Source: Kudoa neothunni (lineage: Eukaryota; Animalia; Cnidaria). From it: 64,000 nucleotides of DNA. The position numbers and the translations under genes are program-made. The notes below the pieces were generated by a model. It saw only the letters and a program-made list of their open reading frames with translations, did not search any database and had not been told where the DNA came from. This document shows positions 39,020 to 53,130 of the stretch, in pieces (positions within the stretch are counted from its first letter, which is position 1; each line of letters opens with the position of its first letter). The stretch is from contig OZ199838.1 in assembly GCA_964304625.1 (NCBI GenBank), positions 7,520,035 to 7,584,034 on the forward strand. The letters are read 5' to 3'.

Positions 39020-40618
39020 TGGCCAACCCAAGCCAAACTCAAATCGTATAATGGGTTTAGTTTCTGCGCATCCCTAACCCTAGGGCAAAAGAGTTAGACC
39101 TCTTTAGGATACTTTCGTTTGAATGTATAATCATCATCTCCGAAAATATTTATTGTTTTCTTATTTGTCTGGAAAAACATTGAAACGACCATCAGTGGGC
39201 CTTTAAAAACTTTTATCATATTAATGGCGTTTTTATAAAATAATCCATGGTATTAAAATTATTTACAAAATTAATCCATGGTTCGAAATTATTGAATGTA
39301 TTGTCGAATTAAACTATTAATTGTCTGTTTAAATACTAACTTTAATAATCAATTGATGATCGAAATTTTATTAAGTTTGTTTTAATGTATTAATAATCAA
39401 ATCAAATTATTATGTAAATTTGTAATCCGACCAGTATTATTCATAACGAACTCTTCTCACGAACACTATTAAATGATTTCGCCCCTTTTTTATAGTTGTT
39501 CGTTTTATGACAATTATATTAAAGTGTTTATCTGGAAAATGCAGAATAACATTTATTTAATTGATCATCTCATTAGATACGTGCATTATTCATCGCCAGA
39601 TGGATTATTGTGCATGCATAATCAGTTTTTAGCCGATATCTACCAGTGTCAAAATAATCTTTTATTTGTTGTTGCGCAACCACAAGGGTGCAGGTGCAAA
39701 ATTCGTTTGCTATAAATAATTTTTCGCGCTGATTTCGGCAATTACCATTGTAATAAGCAGCAAAAATTGCACTTACTAATATATTAAGCACATTAGCAAT
39801 CGCTTAAATAATATACAAACATAGAATTATTACGAATACTACAACCATAGTTATATACTTAAAATGTTTCAAAATCATTTTTGAGTCACTAATATGAAGA
39901 GGTTCGGCTTACATCCAAAGATTTTAAGGAACAGTTAACATGGATTAACATTTAACGCTTAATGCTAATGTTATTGGTTACCCCATTGTAATGGTCTTGA
40001 GGAATGAAATGACGTTGGCTTTTCTCAACAGGAATTTTTTATTACGTTATAATTCGATTTTCAAATGCTTCAACACTGTATCGTACAGATACTCTGCAAT
40101 GTCTTTTTTCTAATCGTTGAAAATATGAAATAATGGGATTCGTTTTGGTGATTTTTGATATGTGTTTGAGATCACGTTGAATAAGTGCATCTCATTTAAT
40201 AATTTAACATTAGAACTTTAATTAAAAAGTATGAGAGAAGTTATCTCTTTCCCGCAATCCTATGGGATACTGAAAAATGTATGTGTTGAGGATTTTATCG
40301 AATATTCATCAATAACTTTATCATATTTTTGTCGTTAACTATCGATAAAATGTGTATTGCCTTTTGACAAAGCGTGCTACTCTTGCGTACATTACAGCAC
40401 AGAATCGAGTAGGGTCATTTGTCAAATATCTTGCGTGCACACACATAAGTAAACCATTATTTTGAGTGTTTCTTCCTTAAAATAATTTCTTAGAGAAAAT
40501 CCTTGTTCATTTTAGGCAGTATCATTTATTCGTATGGGTTTCGCAAATAAATTCCTCTTTAATGACAAGCTTTCCTTTTAAATGATTTTTAGCCCAACAC
40601 ACGACGAGACAACTTTAA

Positions 40619-40823
40619 CCCTTAATGTACCATGGTACTGCGCAGGAAAAAATTACGCGCATGCCTATGATGGACATCTGTAGGGGTTTTGAACATCGAG
40701 TATCCAGACTTTTACGAGTATCCTGTCGAGATTCCATCTGAAAATTCGAGTATCCCGATAAGGTTTCCCTAAAATGGAGACTTTTAGCACCATATTGAGG
40801 ATTGTACGTATTAAGTCACAGGG
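40619..40823. mobile_element. 205-bp piggyBac-type MITE
   Basis: TTAA at 40615-40618 and 40824-40827; ends CCCTTA... / ...CACAGGG as in piggyBac copy 4; internal CGAGTATCC three times. Confidence 0.7.
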
Positions 40824-41403
40824 TTAAAGTAATACTTGGGATTTCGTTAATCATAATCGTATCTTATTTATAGTAAATACTTTAATGAAATAATTTAAAT
40901 ATGGATGATAATTTTTAATCTTTGGGAAATTTAGACTAGCAAATCTTCATTACCATTGGAGAAAGTGAGGTCTAGGTCAGACAATGGAGTAAAATTGGCA
41001 TACAAAAACAGTTTTGTGCGCATCATTTTTGTCGGACAATTTGTTCATGCTTGTTTATAATAAAAATGGAAGAATGAAGGCAAGTATTTAGCCAATTATG
41101 ATAACTTATAATTAGGCTACCAAATCCAGAGTACAACGCCGTTGGCACGAGTGAAATCTTTCTTAAATTTTCTAAAACCATTCGAAATTCCCGCCATCGT
41201 CCATACATTATCTTATCAATTAAGTATACACCTTAAATTTTTCTAATATTTTATTCTCAAAATTATATGATCCAACCATTTAAATAAGCTTTACACGTCT
41301 TATTATAAATTCTTTTCTTTATCACTTTTTAAATATTGATTATGAACTTTAAAAATAACAATACTGTAGAATGACACATTTTTTAGTTTTCATATTTTTT
41401 TAA

Positions 41404-42265
41404 CCTTTCCGGTATCAGGCGGGATATATTAGGCACCCAATTAAGATAATTTCTTCCTAATTCCTAACAGACGCAATTTATTCTATTGAAATTTCATGAA
41501 TGCTTCCCTATTAATTTAGCACATCAACACGTAAAAATTTTAATGTATATTAAATTTTTAACAAGAAGTATGGCTTCAAATTTTTAATTGGGCCGATGGT
41601 TCCGTTCATAATAATCATTTTTGCGACTGCGAGATATTCATTTATATTTATTGGAATATTTAAATTAATTATATCTCAATAATTTTAATTTAAATCATGA
41701 GATAAGAATTAACGAAGATTAATTCATAACAATCGTGTTCTGGTGAATGTTGTTTCGTTGTAGAGTTGAGAGTTTCAACATAATTATGTTTAAACTTAAT
41801 TTAATCATGTAATGGGTTTTAAGGGAAGTTTACTGAATAACATGGAGTAGAAACCTGATTTTGAGATTAACACGTTGTCAACCTGAGGATGATCTAGTGT
41901 GTCGCTGTTACCCGAATATTTTGATATGTTGATAGTTTGTGTACTCCTCTCAATAAATTTGGAAGTTTTTTTCGAAATTAGACATTGGGACTATATAATA
42001 TCGGCAACAAAATTGATACAAGATTTTTTTTTGGCGTAGTTCGATGTTTAAATTGTAGAATACCTATCGGTTAATCGGGTCTCATGGGCGATTATACGCA
42101 ATAATATATGAAGTGTTGATGGGTTAAAATATCTTAGAAACATGTATTTAAGTAGCTTTGAGTTGTTTAAATAATAAGAAAATAATTTCTAAACTGATTT
42201 CTACTGGGACCTCTCAGGAACCCCATGGGAACATACGGAATTTTTTGAGCTCGGTAGGGGAAGGG
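41404..42265. mobile_element. Non-autonomous piggyBac-type element
   Basis: TTAA at 41400-41403 and 42266-42269; degenerate TIR CCTTTCC... / ...GGAAGGG. Both ends resemble the inverted copy at 59663-60618. Confidence 0.65.
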
Positions 42266-42543
42266 TTAATTTATATGAAAACAATATAATCATTTATCAG
42301 ACTTCCTTACATTGGGTATTTACAAACAAAAATTTTTATCAATTAATTTGTTAAAACTTAACTTTTAAATAGTTTACTTAGAAAAATGAAAAAATGCAAT
42401 AAAGATCAAATGTTCGTATTATATTTGTTTGAAATAATTTCATATGGTTTTCGTTATCCTGGGGAAAGTATTGTTTATAACTTGTTTAAATATTTTTACA
42501 ACTAAGAATTATATTAAAATTTTTCTATTTGATAATATATGTA

Positions 42544-42586
<43 letters not shown>
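42544..42586. repeat. Compound (TA)n(CA)16 microsatellite
   Basis: Direct reading. Confidence 0.95.
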
Positions 42587-42587
<1 letters not shown>

Positions 42588-42987
42588 TAATATGGTTTAA
42601 CTGAAAATATCAGTGTATTTTTTAAATGGTTCCAGGGGATCACTCAACTCAAAATAATTCTATTACTGGGCAAAGCCTTTCATTTCGCGCTGGTTATTAT
42701 TAATTATAAATACTGAATAAGGAAAGCGCATTTTGAAAATCTTGAAGGTAATTCATTCACAATGAAGTTGTAATATCTATATCTGCGTTCGAGCTTCTTA
42801 GTCATCATGCAAATAAAGTTTTACTGCGTCCATTAAAAAAACTGTAACGAGTCCTACGACAATCTGTTCCAACTAGAATCCTTAAAAGGAGACAAAGATG
42901 CACGCGATCTATTTAATTTTCTATCCAAGCGCCGTTAAAATTCTTTCAAGGAATGATACAATTAAAAAAGTATTTAGTTGAATCTAA

Positions 42988-43979
42988 CTATGAAGAAGTT
43001 AGGACAGGTTTCGAAATCTTTGCTATGAGCTGAGTGTTAGAAGCTGAAAACGCAGAACCTCCGATTTTGATAGGAATTATATCAGTTGGATCTAATTTTT
43101 GCCCACTCAATGGACAAATCATATAACTATCTCCTTCTTTTTTGATAAATTTATCAACATAGTCCATTTTGATGATATTTCCTGTAGTTTTGAGAACAAC
43201 ACAAGGAGTGGCACTTGATATGGAGTCACCACTTATTGGGCATAGATGAATTTTACCATCAGCCGAATAGTTGAATTTAACGTCAAAAAGATCTGAAATC
43301 TAATAAAAAATTTAAATTAGAATAACTGTTATTACTACTTTTAGTGGATTTTTGGTTATTGGACACAACACAGACATGACTGGACGAACAGGTTTTTTCT
43401 GTGTAATAACTTCCTCAAATTTCTTAGATTGGAGCCAGAACGCAGGATTTTTGTGTATGTTATCTCCAGCTAAAATACAAAATGAGAAATATTCTGATTA
43501 TCACTATAAATATTACACATATTGTTGAGGTGTTTTTCGCTCTCCAACATATTACAATTATTTATTGGAGTGGATCCTATGACGTTAACTTTCATAAATT
43601 TTCCTTTTTTTTCATTTTCGAGGTTCTCGGATTCTTTACTTTTCATTTTTTCATACGTCACTAACTATTTGATCAAATTTAAGCGAGTTTCAGTGTTGTT
43701 AATCACCTGTTTTCGGTATATCCGCATTTTCTCAGAGTGAATTTTTTTTTGTTTCAATATATACTCCAGAATAGCCTCTTTTTCAAAGATATATCCGTCT
43801 TTGGATATCACAGGTTTTGCACATTTTTGATTAGTTAACGCACATTGATCCAACCTTCTACTGGAATATTTATCCAACCTAAGTTTCTGTGTTCCGAATC
43901 CTGACTCTTTTGCATCTCTTCTCCTCTCATAGTTAGTGTAAATTGGATTAGCAGTGGTATTTTTGCCGTGCTTGGCCAT
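42988..43979 (-). CDS. NOSIP: Nitric oxide synthase-interacting protein (RING/U-box-like), multi-exon
   Basis: N-terminus MAKHGKNTTANPIYTNYERRRDAKESGFGTQ...DGYIFEKEAILEYIL; CPITK, CPISGD, MICPLSG...GGSAFS. Stop TAG at 42990-42988. Confidence 0.93.
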
Positions 43980-44134
43980 CGCCCCTTTTTTGGCATGCGC
44001 GTCTGGAGCCTGGCTTACTCATAGATTGTGATATCAGATGGCTCATGGAGCTTTATTAAAATAATTAAAAAAAAGCAAATCATGATAACCGAACACAAGA
44101 ATTATGAAACCTTATTCGATATGAAAATATTCTG

Positions 44135-44135
<1 letters not shown>

Positions 44136-44164
<29 letters not shown>
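44136..44164. repeat. (TA)14 microsatellite
   Basis: Direct reading. Confidence 0.95.
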
Positions 44165-44167
<3 letters not shown>

Positions 44168-45050
44168 TTTAGATAACTTAAATTCGTTGAAATTCACCGA
44201 GTAATCAGTAATTAATCATTCATCTAAAGTTAGTTTTACTCGCGTTTCAATTGAATTTTTTTAATGGATTGAAGATCGCTTGTATCAAACATGTATTATT
44301 TATACCGTGATGTTATTCCTTTATAGTGATTAATCTTTTCAAACGAATGTAATAATGTGCCCAGAAAAGTTTTTAGTAATGTTAATTTTAATTCCCCCAA
44401 ATAGATTAAAGATATAATTTTTATCTTAATTATTTCCCCAAAATATCAGAACATTTAAATACTGATCTATATTTTTTCCCTTGTGTCTTTTTGAACTTGC
44501 ATCAATTATTTATCCTTTTTAAATATTTCTTTACATTTATTTAAAAATTAAAACTCATTTGACAATTTCACGAAAGATTATAAAATGATAGGCATATAAA
44601 GCTTTTTAAAACCTTCTGATCAATTTTCAAAAATATTTCCCCTACAAACAATAGTAATTTGAAACAGGTAAAAATATGCAAATATTAGACTAGACCAGAA
44701 ATTCCGCTTAGTCCTTGAGTATGTTTATTTTAATTAAAAAAATATATTGCAGGATTAGAAAAATATGTTAATCCCTCTATATAAACGTTTGTTGAACAGA
44801 ATAATCGCACAATTTATTTATAATGCCATCCTTTGGACGATTAGGGGAGTAATATAAAAATTTTAGTTTTACCAAAATATCATGCTCTTTCTCAGAAACG
44901 GTCTAATATAAATTAGAATAACTTAAAACAATAAAAGTATACTCAATATTTTCTTTATTCTCGTTAATTAACTGATTAATCTAAATATTTACTCGAAGTA
45001 TTTCAAAGCCTAGTTGCAACTTTTCACGTAAAAAGTTCATTTATTTTTAA

Positions 45051-48000
45051 CCCTCCAAGCATATTTGGGGTCCAAATGGACCCCAGGCTAACCCTCACCT
45101 CAATTCACTGCGTACTAAAAACGTTAAATTGGCTGGATCCAGTCATTATTCTTTTAAAAGTTTCTATATATTCATAATTCAATTTTAAAATTAAGAATTT
45201 TTTGTTTGTTAGGATTTTATATCAAATACTTAAACCAAACAGTTTTGGGATCCAGGAGGACCCCACGTTTTTATTTCATAAAAATATTTATAAATTATAA
45301 AATATTTTAATCTCGAAAGGTTACATCTATCAAATATTAAGAAAAATCAAAGTTGTGTCCCCGACAATGGTCGAGCGATGACGATGTTCAGCTGCCAGAG
45401 ATGGAAGAGTTATATGATGGTTTTCTAACAATTTACGACTCTGATTGCAGTATAATTGAAGATATTATTGAAAAATGTTTCTCTTGATCTCGCTATGATA
45501 GTTCAGATGATTATGACGTCGTTAACACGTATAGAGACATAAACAATGTGTTATGGTTTACAGTTGGGCTTCCAAATACAGAAATCAAGAAAGAAAACAC
45601 CTTAAACAAGTCTCTAGGTCTGACTGCGTTTGTAACATCCCGAATTTACAATTTACAGAACAGTTTGTTATTTGTTATGATGAATTTTTCAATTCTGCCA
45701 TTACTCACACTAACTAATAAATTTGGTGCTTTTCATTACGGATGAAAATGGAAAATTTAAATATAGTGAAATATAAACCATACATAGGAATTCATAAATA
45801 TATGTCAGTCTCTAAATATAACATGGAGTCTCTTAAGCAATCGTGGAGCTTGAATAAAGGACGTCATATACTTTGTAGAATCATGCTGCATTATAGATTC
45901 CCCGAATAAACAGAAGTGTTCACTTTGATTACTGCGAGACAAGAGTTTACGGTGAGAAGTCGATAAGTTTTTCCCGGTAACCGATGCTTTCAACAGGTGG
46001 AAAAATACTTTGCCGATGTGGCTGATTCCCTCTGCTCATCTTATTGTTGACGAACAATTAGTTTCATTGAGAGTCGGGTGTTCTTTTACACAGTGTATTC
46101 CCTCCAAACTTGCGATTTATGTCATTAAATTTTTTCTTTTAACTGACCCTCATATCAATTATACACGTAATATTTTCGCTTATCTTGGAAGAAACAATGA
46201 CCAGATTATTAAATGTGTTGATGAAAAGATTGTTTTAGAGCTCCCGTCGCACTTGAAAAGGCCAATAGAAACATTTTTGACGATAATTTTTTCACTTCGA
46301 TTCCATTGGCAAACAAACTTCTTAACTTAGGTTTAACCCATCTGGCAACTATCCGGCATAATAAGCAGGAATCTCATTAATTTTTAAAATCTAGGAATAG
46401 AGGGAGTTTTTTAGTTCAATTTTCTTAAAGGGGACAATGCAGTCATTTTGTTGGCGACGTCCTCAAACAATGTTAATTTATGCCATGATCAGATGAAAAA
46501 TCCCCAAGTTATCGTCGATTATAGCAAAACTAAAGGTGCGTGGATACGGTAGATAGTATCCCGTCCACGACGAAAAATATGTATTTTATGCGCTCGATTC
46601 TCTGATAAAAAAATAAAGAACAAATGTTACAACTGCTCCGAACATCGTTGCAACAAACATTCGAAAATTATTTGTTACAAACGGAAACAGAAAATGATCA
46701 GTAAAATTTATTTAGTTACATATTATATTTGTAACTAGCGGGAACTACCCAGCGTTGCTTGGGGAAGATTTCGCATAGATACGTTTCTTAACAATATTCG
46801 AAAAATATATTAAAGCCTAAAATTAACCCATAGATGCAAAATAACTAAAAATTATTAAGCAATATACTTAAACGATTTGGATTATGAAGTTTAAATTATG
46901 TTCATTTCTTTGAAGGTGTGTTCCAATCCTGGCGTTCATTCAAAATTTCGTGGCTCGGCATCAACGCTAAATAAGTTTAGGTCAGCATCGTATTTTTTTC
47001 ATTCCCGAATTATTTAAATCCCGTTAAAGTGTTATCTAAAACGTTATTTTTTGGCCGAGGGATTTTCAAAAGTCGAATTCTGGCCCCATTCGATAGCTGT
47101 GCATACCACTAACTTTTTGAGAGATAAAAAAATGGAGAAAGTAATAGATATAGAAGAAAACGTGTGAAAATTAATTGATATTGTTAAAATTAATATCCTT
47201 TGGTACGCAAAAACTTTAATGCGCTTTTTCTAACAAATAATTTAGATAATCGGATGAAGTAACCATACAACCATCTGCACTGAATTGAATCACTGAAAGT
47301 TCGACATAACGGACGGTTTCAATGAAATCTACGGACACGATACTTGTGTCTTAGTGCTTCAATCAATCTGATTAAAACACGCATAACCAACTAAATAATA
47401 ATGCAAATATTGACATTTTTTCGTATCTAAATCCACTAATAGAGCCTTCAAAATGTGTTTATCAAGTCAATTACATTAAACTCCCGATATAAGGAATTTA
47501 TTTGAGCAAACAACAAAATAAACGCAAAAATCTTATACGTAAAGACAGATGGCATCGCTCAATTAACATATGATAGAGTATATAAGGGAGATAATTAATT
47601 TCAACCGACCATCGCCATGACATAAGCAAGCGTTAATCCTATAGTTGAACTCATGTAATCCGATAAACAACTTTAAATCGACAAAATCACTATTTCATAA
47701 ATACCTTTTGGAAACTTTAGTAGTCCGAAAACAATTAAATGATTTTTTTAAATATCACAAATTTATAAAAATTTTATATATGGCTCTCTATAAGGAAAAA
47801 ATTATCCGCACTTGCATACTTAGGGGCATACACACACAAACATACTGACAGTCCTCCTTCATATATAAAGGATTATTAATTTTGGGACTTTTTAGCTTAG
47901 TTGAGAAATAGATTAATTATTTGATCATTGATTATTAATCCATATTTTATTATGAGAGATTGGCCTCTAGGTGAGCTCGCAACGGTAGTTGTGCCAAAGT

Positions 48001-48439
48001 TTTTTTATGAATATCAGTTAGGTAATATGGTATTTTAAATCACTTCGTAAAATGTTATTAAAAATCTATAAGAACCGGTAAAATCAGAATCATGTTGTTA
48101 CAAATGAACATGTGTATTTTCAGATATTATTAGAATTTTCGAAAATTCGATTATCCCTTTAGTATCTAGATAATGTTGTGAAAAGATCATAAGATAAATT
48201 AAAATATATTTTAGTCATTATTTAAATATGTAAAATTGATAAATACATGTTGGGGGCATCGACTGCCATCGTTATACAAACAAATAATGATTATTTCATT
48301 ATCGCTCCGGTAAAAAACTTGTTTAAAGACTATAATTATATTTAATAATATTGTTGATCAAAATAAGCAATAAAAATCTGGGGTTCTCCTGGATCACAAA
48401 ACTGCTTGGTGTATAGTCGTTTTTGACATGCTTGAACGG
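45051..48439 (+). mobile_element. piggyBac DNA transposon copy 5, heavily decayed, carrying a Helitron insertion; related to copy 3
   Basis: TTAA at 45047-45050; TIR CCCTCCAAGCAT vs CCGTTCAAGCAT; right TSD decayed to CCAA. VDEQLVS fragment; TGGGGTCC..TGGACCCCA-type palindromes. Confidence 0.85.
46735..47872 (-). mobile_element. Non-autonomous Helitron (1138 bp)
   Basis: On the minus strand: 5' a|TCCTTTATATATGAAGG...GTTTGTGTGTGT; 3' hairpin CCCAAGC-AAC-GCTGGG then TAGTTCCCG-CTAG|t. Inserted between A and T with no TSD. Confidence 0.8.
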
Positions 48440-49073
48440 CCAAATCTAATTTTATAGCACAAATATATGTTAACATAATTATAAATAATTGCCTATGTTC
48501 GAGTGAAGCATTATTCGAATTTCATATAAATTATAAAAAATTGAATCAAATAATTTATTGACTTGTGAACATCCAATTTTTTGGAAATGTATTCGTTAGA
48601 GTATTGATTCAAGAAATAATTTGAAAATCCACGAAACAAGTTATAAACTTCAGCTAGGCTAGTGAAATAACCATTCGTTTCCTATCGTCGCCTAAAATAA
48701 CACATTTCCTTTTTTGGTCATTATTGAACGCGGTTTCATTTAGGTCTTGAAATACCGTATATATAATATGGATAACGTAAGGTCTTAAAATGGAATTCGA
48801 ATCTGTGTTATCAGTATTAAAAGGCAGTGGTGCCATGCCACTCTACTACCGATTTCGCATCTGTGATTAGTGATTACAACCGTAATAATCCAGTGTTACA
48901 GTATATATTTTTATAATTAATTTTATTTGTGCGTATAAATTAAAGAAAATGTGTTTAATTTGAAATAAAATAAACATTAATTTAACAAATTTAACACGAT
49001 TTGTAAATATAGACGAGGATTCATTAGAAAATAAGGCATTTTAGTCCAACATATCGCAGAATTTTGGAGTATC

Positions 49074-50844
49074 TTACGAATTAGGCTCCTGCGGGTAGTC
49101 AGTTTGATCTGAGATTGAGTTTTAGGGTGTAGCATTATTTTGCACCCTCCGATTTTTCACTCACTATGATATAAAAATTATTGAATTAAAATATTCAGAT
49201 TTCGATATGTAAGAAAAATAAAATTTACAATTATCATTATGTTTGTAAAACGTAGGGTCTACGCAGTGCATGTGAGGAGTGCCAGATGGAATGCGATATC
49301 TATCATACCCATGGCTTTTAAAACAATCACATAGAGGCATAGAATCAAAACAGGAAGTGTCATAACATTTGTAAATAGGAATACACATGGTAGGCTATAG
49401 GCATATAATGCTTATCTTGTAGGAAAATAAGTTACTTCTATATCAACTGGAGCTGGTAGATATGGGGGAGCAGGATACATGTAATACCCTGGATTAGGTT
49501 GATATGGAGTAGCAAAATAATAATTTAATGGAGGATAATACATTCTAAATATGATATTACACATAATTATTAAGATACCATTAATTACTCCTGATAAGGG
49601 TGGATTGTACCAGCATGGTAGCCATGGGGCGAAACAGTTTCGTTATTCGGCATTCTAGCTACATTTTCAAAACAAATGTCGGTATAGAAATTAACAATAT
49701 CAAATAGTCCTAATCGGAAATCAAGGCTATACCATTGCTTTGTCGATAACGATTGTAAAAACTAATTCGATCTCTAGGTCGAATGGTGTTTGATCTAGCC
49801 ATTTCAACGCTGAGCTTTATGGATAACTCGTTTTTTCGAACCATTTCTCTGATGTTGTCGAAGGCATTAACTGCTTCTTGGTGACTTGAATAAGTCACAA
49901 ATATAACTGGTTTGAGGTTATCATTACCCACATACCTTAGTGAAAGAGATTTATACCCCTATAAATTACACATTTATTAATTAAGGTATAATGATAAATT
50001 TAAAAATAATAGTGATTCATACGGGTTGGGTACTGAAGATGCGAACTAATTCATCGCGTGTTGTATTTTCAGAAAATCTGTTTGCGAAAAGGGTTACTAT
50101 CTGCTCTTCGTTGGTCCGATTTTGTTCTTCTGGCTGAATGTCATTCAAATTATGTTCAGAAGTCAAAATAGCTTGATTCTGCTGTTCTGGAGTGACGATT
50201 TCAAAAGAGTTAGTAAAGTGACTGTTGCTTGATTGTTGGCATTCATTAGTATTAACAATCCCTCCTTTGTTTTGTGGTACGAACTCGTGAGTGTTGATGT
50301 TGACATTATCATTAGGTGTAGATTCTTTTGTGGTGCAAACTTCTTTATTTGAATGCTTTGAGCCTTTATTGCTGATGGGAACATCTTGTTTGGAAGATTC
50401 GTATTCCACCGAATTGTTAAAGTCTTTCCTTAAGGATTTGATTCCATTAATGTTAGTGTAGAAACCGTTTGTAGATGTGTAACTGTTTATGCTAGTAAAC
50501 CCATTTTTGAATCCTCCAGAAGAGCGTTGATAATTGGTTGGAGAATAATTATGTTTATTAGTTATCATTCGATTGTGTGAGGATATAAGTGTCTTTCTAT
50601 TCTTTACGCGTTTACTTAAAGTAACTACTACTTTTAAATTTCTTGAATAGGTATCAATAGGCTGAGGAGTGGTGGTTTCAGTTTTTATTGGTGTCAGTAA
50701 AGTACACTTTCCAGAAAAGATTTCTCTGATATTATAATCCTTTATTGGACGACGTTGGTTTCCTTCGGAAATTTTTTCTCTTGATTTTTGATCCTTGTTT
50801 ACGGATTTTCTTTTCGGCGCAGTTGTACTATCTATATCAGCCAC
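49074..50844 (-). CDS. RBPMS/couch-potato-like single-RRM RNA-binding protein; start and stop approximate
   Basis: Spliced RRM VTLFANRFSENTTRDELVRIFSTQP|GYKSLSL...KPVIFVTYSSHQEAVNAF...LSVEMARSNT follows the RBPMS pattern (TLF..., PVGFV.F, EFAK.NT). Low-complexity N-terminus; Pro/Tyr-rich C-terminal exons. Confidence 0.65.
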
Positions 50845-53130
50845 TATCGAAGGTCGAGATACGGGTGGAGAGAATGAAAAATGAATTTATCATGATGACA
50901 TGGTTTATTTTCAATTAGTTTATCAGACATCGTTGTTCTATATAAAAAAATATTTGTTGAAGTTTTGAGATTTCTACAAGGAACGGATGCTTACATAGTG
51001 CAATTTTCATTAAAAATAATCATAACCAATTCTATATTTTTTTCGAAGGGTTAATGAGATGAAACGTATAATGCTAGGCTTAAAACAAACCAAAATTATT
51101 TTATCGGTAAAAAATTTGATATAAGTATTTGTCATTATCTTCCAATGATACATCAATATAGTTAACACTTTTCTTATCATACAAAAATTTGGAGTAATTC
51201 CTCGTTATCCCCAAAATTTTTTTAGCTTGTAAAAAATAATCTTAATAAATTCTAATCATGTTAAAACAAATAGCTTTTTTCATGTAATCAAAAAAGTAAT
51301 TTCCTACATTTAAAAGGGAATTATTAATCGGATATTATGGTTTTATAAGAAACTAATCCCTTAATAGGATCCAAATTAATTAATTACATTAAACAATAAT
51401 TTTTAGTATATTTAATCCAAATCCTCATGTATATTAATGGATGTTTCGATCCAATTCAGTACAGTCTCCTAGTATCACTGTAGTCTAATTTATTTCGATT
51501 GCCACATCCTAGGGTATTTTATTGGATACTTGTGAGTAAATTTTAACCAGAATATGGCTATAGCATCAATGCTAACTAAAAAAATGATCACAGTTTAAGG
51601 TACAAAAACTATTTTTAAAGATGAATAACGTTGGGAGCCTAAGAAAAGACACGTCATCAACACATTAAATTTTTTTCTCAGATTTTTTAAAATAAGCTGA
51701 ATGTAAAGAGGAAAGGATACACTTTAGAGCTTAATAACAAATTTACATTGATGTATGTCTTGTAGGTTATGTTCTGAGAGTATGCTTAAATAACACAATA
51801 CGACTCAATCTCTGCTAGTTTTAAAACTTGTACATACATCAAAGAGATGTTATACTTTGTATCATAAATCAATACTTTTACACCTCAGTCACGAACGACA
51901 TTACAAAATTTATCCCTTATTCGAATCTATCAAACACACCTTTTGACCCAATCCTCCCGTAATTAATTTGTTCCTAAGAGATCATTCAATTTTTTTTATT
52001 AATTTAAATAGAGAAATTAATATACTTAACACGAATACGAAATAATGCCTTGCCATCTCATTCTCATAGTTCGAAATAGAACATAACATACTGTTTTTAT
52101 TTAAGAATATATTATATTCCAAAAATTTTAATAAAACAAAGAAAAACTAATTTTTCGTTTATTTATATGCATATATAACCATAAAAATTAAAAATTCTTT
52201 TTTGTTAATATAAAAACATTAGTTTGTGAGCAAACTAATTTTAAAACCTAATTGCACAAAACCTCTTCCATTAAGAAAAGTCATGCTAAATTAATTTATT
52301 AAAAACTAGTAAGAAAACCCGGCTATTCTCTGAAGGGTTTAATTATTACAAGTTTCAAAAAATAATTATCTAATTTCTTGAATAAAAAATTTCATGTGGT
52401 AAGATTATACGCCCAGACAATGGTATGATACCCAAAAAAATCAAACGCGAACTAGGTTTTACATACATGATTTTACACTCAGGTTAAGATGCGTCAATAA
52501 TCAATTTAGAAATTTTCGCTTCTGTATGTGAATAGTTGGAATGCATTGGTAATAATTAGCAGTGATGGCTAACGGCTGCCACTGTAATTGTTATTCTTTC
52601 TACAACTCCAAACAGATTCTACAAGGATTTCTCAATAAATACATACTTTGAGACCATAATAACATATTTATCTTGAATTATAGTTATTTAAATGAAAGCA
52701 ATTGATGAATGTAGGAAAAATAACCCAGATTTAGGATCTATTAACACATAATGCCTGCGAATCCCTAAAGAAAAATTTGGTAAATGACAACCTAGCCTGG
52801 ACAATATGGCATAGTGGTGTTAGGTCGAGACGGCATACAGTGAGGTTGCGAGTTCGAAGCCTATTCCAAACGTTCCTGTACTCCTAATCCGAAATAAATT
52901 AAAAATATTGTAGTAATCGCAAGGATCTACGACTTATCGTGGTCTTGCTTACAGCTGGGGGAGCCTGTTGGAAGGGTAGATCTCAGGCGCTCATAAACGC
53001 CGGGGTACAGGAACAAAATACAACCCAGATGGACAGGGGTTCCCAACCGACGTTGCATCATTTACCCCTCAACCAATAACGGGTTTCTGTTCCATGTTAA
53101 TACCCCGAATAGCGCTAAATATCTTTTTAA

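Noticed and set aside
39072-39085. CCCTAACCCTAGGG as telomeric repeat
   Set aside because: Under two units; at most a promoter telo-box.
39573-39880. Cys-containing minus-strand ORF with hydrophobic start
   Set aside because: Could not build an in-phase ATG-initiated splice model; no recognisable domain.
52919-52994. GCAAGG...GGCGCTCAT resembles the two conserved internal-loop strands of canonical twister-sister ribozymes
   Set aside because: The flanking P1 and P2 pairings are poor and no UGCAAG-type hairpin loop is present. Kept only as part of SINE domain I.
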